From Raja brachyura (taxonomy: Eukaryota): DNA of 64,000 nt. The notes beneath the pieces were generated by a model, which had not been told where the DNA came from, searched no databases, and was given only the letters and a program-made list of their open reading frames with translations. A program made the position numbers and the translations under genes. The stretch covers positions 52,576,001-52,640,000 of the forward strand of contig OY740795.1 in NCBI GenBank assembly GCA_963514005.1, written 5' to 3'. This document shows positions 52,261 to 63,381 of the stretch, piece by piece (positions within the stretch are counted from its first letter, which is position 1; every line of letters begins with the position of its first letter).

Positions 52261-53255
52261 CCTGTTGCCCTGGTTATTTTGTTCCTACCCTTTGATTCTT
52301 CCGCCAGCATTTGTGTACAACAGAATGTAAAAGAATGTCAAGTACCAACAGAGCAAACCAATTAGGAATGTAAAGGGTGTACTGGTATAAAATAAAAAGG
52401 GGAAATATTTTGTATGTATTTTTCAAATCATGCAGAATTTGGTGTTTTGAGACTTTCTGAACATGTGTAATGGTCTGTACTCCACACTGCAAATGTTCAT
52501 AGTTAATTTGTTTAAGAACACTGGAAAACTAAATGTACATTAGAAAATCAAATGATGGATGGGCAAAGTCAATAAGAAGTAAGGTGGGCGTGTTAAAACA
52601 TTTCACAGATTTTGCAAGTTACATTTGCGATATTTTTTAGTTTAGTAGTTGCACTGTAATCTCTAACTTTTGTGGATTGACTGTGACATAACTTTGTAAA
52701 TAAAAAAGAAAGGCATGATGTTCCAATCTTGTATAGAGTTGGCTGTTGTTTCCTTTTCACTTTATTGACCACCGTTTTGTATGTGTTGCCTGCTTTGTTC
52801 TGTCTAATTTTGTTTTCACTATTCTTGTTCTGGGGGAGATGTTTGGGAATGGTTTACCTTCACGTTACAGATATGATTGCACGAACATTTGTATTTTTTT
52901 TTTATGTTTTTACTCAGGGCTGTACTATTGTGAATTTTGTTTTTTGCTAAAATATTAAAATTAACTAAAAGCACTCATCAGAAGGAATATAACTTTTGGT
53001 CTACTTCAACCCATTTTCTCCTTTCAGATACATTTTTCACCTTGTTTCAAAAACAATTGGAGAAAAATGATAGTAGTTTCATTCTGATTTTCAGAACAGA
53101 TCTTTCTTTGCACAATCAATAGGAAATATAGTGTATTGCTCCGTTATCTTACTTGTTTGACCTCCCAGTTTGTAGACTTGTTTATAAGACAGACATTAAT
53201 GAAGGATATTAAATTCTGTACATTGATGTATTGCAGTACTTTATTTCTACTCTGC

Positions 53256-53261
53256 AATAAA
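53256..53261 (+). terminator. Probable EXOC6 polyadenylation signal (3' UTR about 1 kb); other AATAAA at 52391 and 52699
   Basis: AATAAA followed 20-60 nt downstream by a T/GT-rich tract (ttttttaattgttactttcagtgtgttgattttattttg). Confidence 0.5.
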
Positions 53262-53439
53262 AGTAACCCTGAGCACTTTTTAATTGTTACTTTCAGTGTG
53301 TTGATTTTATTTTGCTGGGTAATGTTCATCAACGGCTATAATTTTGCATGAGATTTAGAAATGATTGTTGTATTTTGGAATTATACCATTTCATATTAGT
53401 ATCTTTCAAGGTACTATCAATATCTATTATTCTAATTTA

Positions 53440-53940
53440 AGATTTCCCAAAAGGTTACTCATTAATGTTTTAATTTGTATCATTCATTAATTCTTCATTA
53501 TGTGAGTCACCTTCATTATTGCGCTAATGAGGGTCACTCCCAATAATGTTTCAACATGAAGCTTTCTGCCATTAATCTTCCCGAGTGAAGTCACTCATTA
53601 ATGTTTTAATATGAGAATAACTCTTTATCCTTCCACGTGAATGCCACTCTCATTAATCTCTCCTTAAATCGTCATTTTATGGGGCATTCATGAAGTCTTC
53701 ATGCAAACATTTTCACTACTATAAAGTACCACATTGACAGCGGGTATTGGTATAAAACTGACAGGTTTTAACGCATTTTATAACAACAAATGGATATTAT
53801 AGCTTGATCATAAGATGGAAAATTAAGACCAAGATTCATGATGAGGTGCTAAAGAGAATGATGTCTTTCTGAAGGGGAGATTTCTTAATGGTTTAATTAA
53901 GCATTCTTAATGGTTTAATGGGTCAAAGCAACTCCTGACG
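53440..53940. promoter_or_regulatory. Candidate enhancer: homeodomain-site cluster
   Basis: More than ten TAAT/ATTA cores. ACTCATTAATGTTTTAAT occurs twice (53457, 53593) and TTCTTAATGGTTTAAT twice (53882, 53904); AP-1 site TGAGTCA at 53503. Confidence 0.45.
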
Positions 53941-54223
53941 TAAGCCATTTACTAAACTAGATCAACAAAGCATCGTTTTGCTGCTTGATACCCATCAAAT
54001 ATTTTTATTGTTATTATATTACAGTCACTCTCTGGCATTCTTTACACTCCAAAAATATGTCCATTACTGATGTTAGTTTGGCCATTTTCACCCGATTCAT
54101 CAATTTTCTCTGATTGAGATATTGTATATTGACTTCCCGAAAGGTCTGATTGTATTGTCATGTTTATAGCGAGTGTAAGATTATTGCTTTAAAATGATTT
54201 TTGCACCATTTGCCTTGGTTTGA

Positions 54224-55636
54224 GACACAGTGCTGGAGTAACTCAGTGTGTCAGGTATCACACCTTGAGAACATGGATAGGTGATGTTTTGCGTTGGGAC
54301 CCTTCTTCAGACTGATTGTGGTGGGGGGGAAGGAGGGGAAGAAAGCTGGAAGAGAGGAGGAACGTGTCGAAGCCTGGCAAGTAATAGGCAGATACCGGTG
54401 AGGGGTAGGGGTCTGATAGGCAGATGGTTGGACAAAGGCTAGAGGTGAAAAGATAGAAGGTGTGAGACAAAAGGATTGAAGAGTTGCAAATTGTGAAGCA
54501 AGATGAAGGAATGTAGATGGACCGGGAAGAGAGTAATAGGTGCGCGTCCAGGTGGGCCATAGATTGGAGGGGAGGGGAATAAATAGGTGTAGGGAATGAA
54601 GGTGGGAGGGAGCAGGGGGGCTTGTAGTTAACTAAAATTGGAGAATTCAATATTCATGCTGTTGGGTTGTAAGTTACCCGAGCGGAATACGAGGTGCTGT
54701 GCATCCAGTTTATGTGTGGTGGCCATCTGGCTTTGCAGGAGGCCCAAGACAGGAAGGTCAACATGGGAATGGGATGAGTATTTAAAATGGTTAGCAACAA
54801 GGATATCCAGAAGGCCTTGGTGGACCAAGTGCAAGTGTTTGCTGAAATGGTCGCTGAGTCGACACTTGATGTACGTGTGGCCACATCGTAAACATTGGAT
54901 ACAGTAAATGAGGTTAGACGAGGTCCGTGTAAACTTCTATCTCACCTGGAAGGAACGCTGGGGTCCTTGGATGGAGGTGAGAGAAAAGGTGTAGGGACAC
55001 TCCTCTTCCAAATGCACACGGGGACTATCCCCCCAACTCCACTACATCGACGACCGATTGGGGGCTGCATCCTGCACTCATACAGCACTTGTTGATTTCA
55101 TTTACTTTACCACCAACTTCCACCCTGCCCTCGAATTCATTTGGATCATCTCTGTCACCACCCTCCTCTTTCTTGTTCTCTCTGTCTCCCTCGAGGGAAA
55201 GACTAGGGTCTGATATCTACTGCAAACCTATTAACTCCCACAGTTATCTGGACTACACTTCCTCCCACCCAGCATTTTTGGGGAAAAAGCTATTCCCTAC
55301 TCTCAATTTCTCCGTCTCCACTGCATCTGTTCCCAAGACGAGGCTTTACATTCTAGGGCATCCGAGATATCCTCTGTCTTTTATAAACATGGTTTTCCTC
55401 CACGGCTCTCATAGATGAATCCCTTCACCTGCATCTCCTCTGTGAGCCCTATTACTTGCCAACGCTTTTACCTGCCCCCCCCCTTCCACCTTCTTTCTCC
55501 TCCCCGCCCCATAAACAGTCTGAAGAAGGGTCCCTACCTAAACCGCCACCATCTGTTCTCCAGAGATGCTGCCTAATCTGCTGAGTTACTCCAGCACTTT
55601 TCTTTGTTCATAAACCAGCAGTTCTTTGTTCCTACA
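54224..55636. mobile_element. PLE insertion with inverted arms; plus arm carries an RT fragment
   Basis: Minus GIY-YIG C-terminus (ORF 54628..54834). Plus arm has YIDD at 55043-55054 and ..DIYCKPINSHSYLDYTSSHP (PLE RT/thumb). TSD ttg(c/t)cttggtttga at 54210-54223 and 55637-55650. Confidence 0.88.
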
Positions 55637-56106
55637 TTGTCTTGGTTTGATTTGACATTTTTTATTATCGACATCTAAATAATATTTAATGTCACTTTGC
55701 CAAAAATCTCATTCCTTTGGAAAATGTTCACTGAACATGGACGAAAACAGAATACTGGAAAAATCGTTTTTTTGTGCGTTAAATTATACGGTGGCGCTTA
55801 TTTGTTCCACAATTCAGCGTTACTGAAGTGATGAGGGGTGCAGGGTAACTTAGCAATGTTAGAACCAGCAGGAAAGTCGGTGAAGATAGCTATAGTATTG
55901 GGCAAGAGGCACAGGAAGCTCTTCAAGCTCTTGAAAAGTGGGTAACAGTTGTAAATGAAAAGCAAGAGCAGGAATAGCTTTGAGACAGCGGTAACAGCAC
56001 AACACAATAGTGGGAAAATAAATGGCTTCCCCTTTCAACTCTCTGCGCGGGCCCCTCTCTCCAGTCACTTATTTTGAAGGGTATTCAATAGGCCACTATT
56101 ACCAAC

Positions 56107-56113
56107 ACCCCCC

Positions 56114-56160
<47 letters not shown>
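56107..56160. repeat. Poly-C run fused to (AC)n
   Basis: Direct reading. Confidence 0.95.
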
Positions 56161-56163
<3 letters not shown>

Positions 56164-56480
56164 CACCTACCCCTTTAATGACAGGTTAGATGATTATGGA
56201 TGTTGATGTTTTTTTATGCTTCCATTTTCTTTAAATCTGCATGGCATTATTGGCAAAGGGGGATGTATACATTTGAATGAGTTTCAATCTTCAATTTGCC
56301 TCACGGAGAATTTAGTGTTGCTACAGCGTTTACATTGCGTAAATATAAACATTATTAGTTTTTAAAATGTACATTGTCTGTTATAAAGCAGCAAAGCCAA
56401 TGAAAAAAGTTCAATATGAAATCCTTTTACGTTATCACCATTTAGGGAGTTCTTTCTGAATAAAGTAACTCAGTTATTGT

Positions 56481-56606
56481 CTGAAGAAGTCTCGACCCGA
56501 AACGTCGCCTACTCCTTCTCTCCATAGATGTTGCCTCACCCGTTGAGTTTCTCCAGTATTTTTTGTCTTCTTTCGATTTTTCTAGCATCTGCAGTTCCTT
56601 CTAAAA
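56481..56606 (+). mobile_element. PLE-derived mini-element starting exactly at the hammerhead core
   Basis: CTGAAGAAGTCTCGACCCGAAACGTC (2-nt deletion in stem II) plus tail; gttattgt on both flanks. Confidence 0.82.
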
Positions 56607-59600
56607 CAGGTTATTGTTTACTGATTATTTTTTCATTTCTTGCTGACAAATCATTGCAGCTACAAAGGACCCACTCGGTTGATTACCAGTAATTTTAAAT
56701 ATTTTTTTAGACGTGAAGACATTAAACTTTAAGCGTGCCCACAATTAATTATATTTGCATCCCTACTAAAAATTAACAGTTTCCTCTCCGTCCTGTTCGG
56801 TTTTTATTTCCTCCCATTGTTGTTCAGCTAAATGTGTTGTTGGTTTCATATGAATTGTCTTTATGCTGGCTTCAATGGTTCGTTCTCTAAAGTAGCTCCT
56901 TGACTTAAAAGCTACAAACGCTATTTTCGGCTAAGCTTATACGAATGCACCAAAACAAATCAACTATCAAGCAAAAGTAGCCTCGTGTTAAGCGCCAGGG
57001 GGGGGGGGGGGAAAGCACAGCCTGAAGCAACTCTTTCGCAATGAGTTTTGGTGGCATTGACTGGAAGTAACATGCATTTTGGAACGCGGATAGTTTCATT
57101 ACACGACGCATAAACCTACATTAGATTTTAAAACATCTAGGCGCTCCGTTCACACTAATACTCCTCTCTGCCGGCCCTTGGGTTTTTCTATTGGATTGTG
57201 TCACTTAACCCACACACAGCAAAACTGACAGATGTCTTCGGATGTGTGCTCCGACATTACCGATTACATTTGAAGGCTGCCTTCGGATGTGCGATTGAAC
57301 GAAGGATGGGTTTGTTTTTTAAATAACACGAGGTTTTGTCTACAAAACTGCCCAGGACCTTGATGAAAGGACTGGTTTTGTTTCCGTAAACAAGTTTTAA
57401 ATGTCTCCAAGGAAGAAGAGATTCGTATGATGTGTCCCGTCTCACTCCGGGCGAATCCGTGTTCTGTTTCTCCTGTGGACGTGGGGCATGTGTCGGTGTG
57501 TGTGTGTGTGTGTGGCCTGAATCATATCGGGGAGAGGTTTGCTGCAAAGGACGAACTCCATAAAGAAAATACCCAATGAACACTCGTGGATTGTTTGTTG
57601 TTGTCGAATTACAACTCATGTCCGGTAGATTTGGAGAGAAACGGGGGCAGTGCGGACGAGTGCAGAGCCGATCTTTAACATTGCTTTCGGATTACGAAAT
57701 GGGGGCAAATGAATTTCTGATGCAGGGATTCATTTATCAAAAGATGAAGCAAACCGTCCTCTAATTGTGTTGAAAAGAAACATGGAAAGAAGCGGTATTC
57801 GTGAAGCAGCGAGATCGAATGCAATAAAGGCATTATTCCACATCCCCCTCCCAGCGCTCTGTCTCTGCTTGTAAACTAAGCTTCTTCGGCCCCAGTGGAT
57901 TAGGCTGAAAGAGCCTTGATCTTTTAGACCACGACGTGTTGCTTTGTGAAGAAGCACACGGGTTTTTTGTTGCCTTTCGTAACTTTTAAGCAATTTCTTT
58001 GTTAATTTTTTTTTAATACGCTTGCATTGCAAAAAACAAGAGAAACCAAACTAAAGAATATAAAATCCTGTTAAACTCTGAAAGTTAAACTCTGTACCTG
58101 ACTCCCTCGTAAAATCCCGTTAAACTCTGAAAGACTCCTTTTAGTTTCACCATGTGGAATTTAATTCCAGCCAAGCGCCAGACCGACTTTAAGAAGTCCT
58201 GAACAGTAAGAATCCTGTACAGATCCCGGCACTGCATATTCTTGGAGATGGCGTCTCCACAGTCAGGACGTTACCGTGTCTCCATTTCCAAAGATCGATG
58301 CTATGGAGAATGCAGGCGGAAACAAGCGGCTCATGTTTACAGGTAGGCAGGCATGCGCAAAAAGCTAATCCCGAGGTGGGAGTTTGAATGGAAGACAGAC
58401 CCGAGTTAAAAGCAAGGTGATGCTTGACTGGAAATTCCACCGTGGCTTTTGTCAAAATGATCCCGCTGGAAGATTTAAAACCACCTGACGTAACGGGACA
58501 TAGTGGTTAAACCTGAAATTGTGCACATGGCGTTTTGTGTTGGTTTTGTGTGTTGACTTGAATTAGACATGCACGTTTTTTTCTGCTTTGTGCAAATGCT
58601 TTCCTGAGTAACAATCACGAAATCTTGGATGCATGCGCCAATTTCAAAATATTTTGCTTATAGTAAGAAACAGGTTAAGATGGCGTCGGCCAAATCATGC
58701 CTCTAAATAGAAAGTTGGGGATTTAAGATTCACTTGAGCACCAAATAGAAATTAGATGAATACTCCAAAGTGGTACTCATTGAGACCATATTATAAACCA
58801 AGGTAGCATCGAGTGCCATGGATCCTGTGGCAGTAGTTGAGTGTGAGTGCTATCCCCAATGTTCTGGCTAATAACGAAACAACACACACGAAAGGAAGTA
58901 GATTATCTGGTCGTTACCGCACTGTGGAAGCTGTCAAATCTGCTGCTGCATTCCTACACGAGGAGCACAATCAAAAAGTGCAATAAAGAACTTCAAAAAA
59001 ATTCTCACGGGAGTGCCAAAAATGCAATGTAAACGCAAGTGTTTTTAAACTGCCAGTTCACTCGAGAATGGATTCATATTTTAATGTTAATGTACTGCTA
59101 TTTTAATATTGTAATGCCCAGGAAAATGTAGATCAATTAATTGTGTTAGATAGCGTGAATTTGTAAAATCTCCTTGTGTGCAATATTTCAAATGTTAATG
59201 TGAAGATATGTCTTTAATATTGGAGCAGAGAAGTAAAATGTATATATTTCACGATTGAGCTAAATGTTTCAAGTTGCCGCGAGAGTCGTGCAACTGTGAT
59301 ATCTGGTCACGTCAGGTACAAGAAAGCCAGGTATAGGGCCTTGGAAGGAGATTGATTCCATATTGAGGGGAAGCACATTTCCGAGCGACATTCAAAGAAA
59401 CGGAATGACAGCAACTTAAATAGTTTTTAATTGATTGGGAAAAGGCTGACCAAACAACAAAAAAGGCACAAGAGGATTGTCAGGATGGGTTTCTGGAGCC
59501 GAGTGGGAGAGAACCCTTCCCTCGGGAGACTGGATGTTTCTTGTTACTGGTAAAGGGACACACACACACACACAATTATAAAGTACACCAACAAATTCCA

Positions 59601-61357
59601 ACAGGTGTTTTCAATAACTGGGGACGGGAAATGAGACAACGCACCTGGAACTGGGTGATGAACTGCGGATGATAAATTAATAATGAGGTATGAAGGGACA
59701 AAATCAGCAAATAAAAGGTTGATCACCTCTTGTGAAAGAAAAAGCCGAATGTAACACAGAACTAAACCCAGAAAATACTAGAACGCCCACCCTCTGAGCT
59801 TTGTATAACCCCGTATGCATAAAGGTAAAAACAAATGAAAGAGTTCACTTAATAGAAATTGAATGAGAATTTGACTTTAAAAAAATCAAATTTATCAGTC
59901 GTAAGAAAATACCCCCTCAATGGCAACTAGCGGAACCTCTGCTTTCAAGTGGTATTTTCAAGGATTTGGATGAAGCATAGTCTCACGGTTGGTGGTCTGC
60001 GTTAAGGAGGAACAGTTCGGAAAGACAAACCCCATTGCGGATGATTAAATCCCAAACCACTCAAATCTCTGCTGGGTGGAAAATAAATATGGAGGAGAGG
60101 ACGTATTTCAAAGGTGTCTAGAGTATTCTGGTGTCAGGAAACCTTGGGCATATGTAAAAAATATCGACTGCGTCAGAGACAAGGTTAGTAATATTGTGCT
60201 GTGGATGATCGTAAAACGCGTTGGAGAAAAATTGAGGTGGGACATAAAATGCAGCTAACGTGAGAAGGGACTATCGCGTTACAGTGCCCGGCAGCGCAGC
60301 CGGCTGTAAATTACTGAACCAGCAACTCGGTATCATATGTGATACGCATATGCTTTTAGGATTTGCACGTTGAAACAATAATAGACTGTAAATTATTAAA
60401 CAATCTATTACTCCGATTTGCACTAGCGGTATTTCTGCTTTCTTCACATTGCCAACATGTTGAAACTGATTGTCAGATTGGTTTCAATCTCTCCACCTGT
60501 AAATGTTCATCAGATTCTCGTTTCAAGGTGAAACAGACACAATCAGGCATTTATATACCTTGTGTCTGCTAATACTTTATCTTGGGGGCGTTTTGAAATA
60601 TATAAAGTTGCATATTTGATGCTGGTATGAATTATTTAAAGTTGTTGATGATTTTTAATTCGGATTACTTTTAAACAGCATAATTAATTATGTTTCAGCA
60701 GTGGAGAAGGCATTAGAGCTGGGTAAGTGGTTATGGGAACAGCCCTCACTATAAGTGAAGGCCAACAATCAACGTACGGCTTGAAGGGTCAACACCGCAC
60801 ATCATTGTTTCAAATTAATTCTCATTCTTCCCGTTTAGTTTTGGGGGAAATATATAAGTGGACAGGCGCCCTACTTTGAGGCAACTTTGCGCTCCCGATA
60901 ATTGAGGGTGATTCTGGATGGTGCGGAGTGCCAGGTCAATACATAGCGATAGACACATGCACTGATGATGCATAAAGCCCTGGTTATGTAGCCGTGTCTC
61001 AATGGCTTGTGCTCGGTACCTCATGGTTTATATAAGGTGCGGTGAGGCGGAGCGAATCTCTTGAAACAGGCATTCGCCCAGCACAGAGCACCGGCCACGA
61101 AAAAGAGCCTCTTTTAATCGATATCGTAGATTTTTGATAAAAACAGGTGACCCCTCCTCCCAGATATTAAATAGATGCAGATTAGCAGAAAAAGACTGGC
61201 GTGTTTTCTTGTTTGTGAACCATCTTAAAATTGACGTGGTTTAGGATCGCCTCCAGCAGCCGACTTTTCTCCAGGGTTTAAACTGCTGCTTAACATAACG
61301 AAGCGTTCAACCTTCGTCACAACCGCAGAAAAAAGGAGGGAGGGAGAAGGGCAAGGT

Positions 61358-61382
61358 GGGGGGGGGGGGGGGGGGGGGGGGG
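61358..61382. repeat. Poly-G run (about 25 nt)
   Basis: Direct reading; preceded by GGAGGGAGGGAGAAGGG. Confidence 0.95.
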
Positions 61383-61385
61383 TGA

Positions 61386-61740
61386 GGGCGTGGCCCAGTT
61401 TTCTTTGGGGGTTACTGACTGGTCTCTGTTGGAATCTAGAGCAGTGGCTGCCTGTGCAGATATGGAGTTGGCAGTTCCTGCTATTGGTTACCTGTTCTCT
61501 CATTGAATCACCCCAGAGTCCCGACAGCTTCAGTGATCCGATGCCCTGTCTGCTCTCTCCCCACTCAGTCTTTCTCGCTTCCTTCCACTCTAATCATTGC
61601 GATCAGTCCCACCCAAATCCTTCTAATGTGGCATCACATGGATAGTCACAACCTGCTTGTTGCAGCTTCACAAAGTATTTAAATTGACCAACGACGTCAT
61701 CCGAGGAGGTGGATGGTCCGGTTAGCGAATGTCTATAAAA
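61386..61740 (+). promoter_or_regulatory. Candidate CYP26C1 distal core promoter
   Basis: GGGCGTGGC (SP/KLF) at 61386-61394, ATTGG (reverse CCAAT) at 61483-61487, CGACGTCA (CRE 7/8) at 61692-61699, TATAAAA at 61734-61740; donor GTAAGT at 61865. Confidence 0.4.
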
Positions 61741-62262
61741 CCGCTGTACACAGAAACACACCAATACTCATGCGGAACAGGTTTTTGGTGGAAATTTAAT
61801 CGAAAACTACTGCGCTATCTGGTAAAGCCGACCGACTCATCCTAGTTGCACTTTCATCAACAGAGTAAGTTTTTTTTCAGATGGTTTCTCTCGTTAGCGA
61901 ACGTGTTATTTGTTGCCACTCTGTCGCTGACACGTGTGGATGCGACTGCAAATGTTCACGTGTTGTCGCCGGAATTGGAGCAAGGTCTTGTCTGGGATTG
62001 ATGTATGTGATCGTGGAGGGCTGGCCGCCAGATCCACGGTCCCATTCACTCAACACGCTATAATATTCACCCCATTAGCAAATGTCAAGGTCCAAATTAA
62101 ACCAAAATATTCGAATCTAACCAACTAATAATGAATCGGTTAATGGGAGAACTGTTTCAACCCAATGTCTTTTTGGTAATCATCTCTCTTTAGCATGTGC
62201 TGTTGTCTCAATATTAACCATGCTCCTGGCCAGCTCAAATAAGTGATCGTTTGCAGACTGTT

Positions 62263-62393
62263 GTGTTAAAGAAGGAACTGCAGATGCTGGAGAATCGAGG
62301 GTTACACAAAAAGCTGGAGAAACTCAGCGGGTGCAGCAGCATCTAAGGAGCGAATGAGATAGGCGACGTTTCGGGTCGAGACCCTTCTTCAGA
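62263..62393 (-). mobile_element. 131-bp PLE-derived mini-element with perfect 15-bp TSD
   Basis: CGTTTGCAGACTGTT at 62248-62262 and 62394-62408; same subfamily as 19456-19552. Confidence 0.9.
62365..62392 (-). ncRNA. Minimal hammerhead ribozyme-like motif
   Basis: Reverse complement is CTGAAGAAGGGTCTCGACCCGAAACGTC, identical to 28900-28927. Confidence 0.6.
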
Positions 62394-62640
62394 CGTTTGC
62401 AGACTGTTCTGTAGAAAGCATCTTGCGTTTGTGCGTTGAATTGTAAGGCGCGGCGTTGTGATTAGGGGTTCTGGTTAATCCTATTCCCAAATGGACCGGA
62501 ACAAACAGAAGATAATTTTCAACAATAATATCCAGTCTTCAAAAATATTAGATCCCTGCGCTGCCCTGCATCAAATAAACCACGTGTTGTTGCTCTGTTG
62601 AACAAATGACGGGATACGTGTGGGTCACCAGCTTTATCAT

Positions 62641-62664
62641 GCTTGCTTGCTTGCTTGCTTGCTT
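62641..62664. repeat. (GCTT)6 microsatellite
   Basis: Direct reading. Confidence 0.9.
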
Positions 62665-63177
62665 ATCATTGCATTCAAATGCTCTGGAATTATAGCTTTA
62701 AAGAGAGTTGTTTCTGTAAATTTTGATAGAGAACAAACGGGCTGCGTTCGGCGGATTCCCATTGACAACCGCGACCCAATTGACCCGGAACACCAAGTAA
62801 ATGTATTCTTTAAAATAATAGCCTTTATAAAACTTGTTTTCCAGTTTTTCTCCTTTAAAGACGAGTCCTTCGTTAACGACTAAACAAACAGTTAAAACGG
62901 TTCCAACGGATTATATTTGTTTATAGGGTAAGTTTTCATTTCAATCTCTGCCATTCTAGTGCACATTTTCAGGGACTAGCATTTCTTTGGCGGTTCTAGT
63001 GGTTTACATTTTTTCTGAGTGAATGTTAATCTGTGTGTAGGGTCCGAGCGGAGGTTGAAGATCGGCAGAAGGTCGCCCATCCACTGTGAGGAAGGAGCTT
63101 CGTGTTAATAATAAACCCTTGTTATTGAGACCAAGTTCTCGGGGACGAGACCGACATTCCCATCCACAGTGCTGGCC

Positions 63178-63381
63178 ATGTTCCTGTTGGGGATTGACTA
63201 CCTCTCGGCGCTGGCTATGGCTCTCGCCTCGTTGCTGTCGGCGCTGCTTCTACTCGCCGTGTCCAGACAGCTGTGGACCCTCGCCTGGAACGTGACCAGA
63301 GACAGGGACAGCAAGCTGCCTCTTCCCAAGGGCTCCATGGGCTGGCCGCTACTCGGAGAGACGCTGCACTGGATGGTACAG
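63178..63381 (+). CDS. CYP26C1: Cytochrome P450 26C1 (retinoic acid hydroxylase), first coding exon, 204 bp; gene continues beyond the window
   Basis: GCCATG start and donor CAG|GTATGG. Encodes [68 protein letters not shown]: a TM anchor plus the CYP26 [17 protein letters not shown] motif. GSMGWP (GSMGFP in 26B1) and the position after EXOC6 favour C1. Confidence 0.88.

Noticed and set aside
125-62393. Recurring ~30-nt hairpin-containing repeat as a CRISPR-like array
   Set aside because: Copies are dispersed, on both strands and embedded in PLE termini, with no regular spacers or cas genes; the DNA is eukaryotic.
62772-62786. Nuclear-receptor repeat GGGTCA-att-GGGTCG (minus strand) as a RARE
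   Set aside because: 3-nt spacing and a mismatch do not fit DR5/DR2. I found no canonical DR5 RARE upstream of CYP26C1 by eye; a PWM scan is needed to be sure.
7605-63381. EXOC6B-CYP26B1 paralogous locus
   Set aside because: Diagnostic residues (FASSEP, FMVWDW, SLVNGMSQH; GSMGWP) fit EXOC6 and CYP26C1 better, by recalled sequences.
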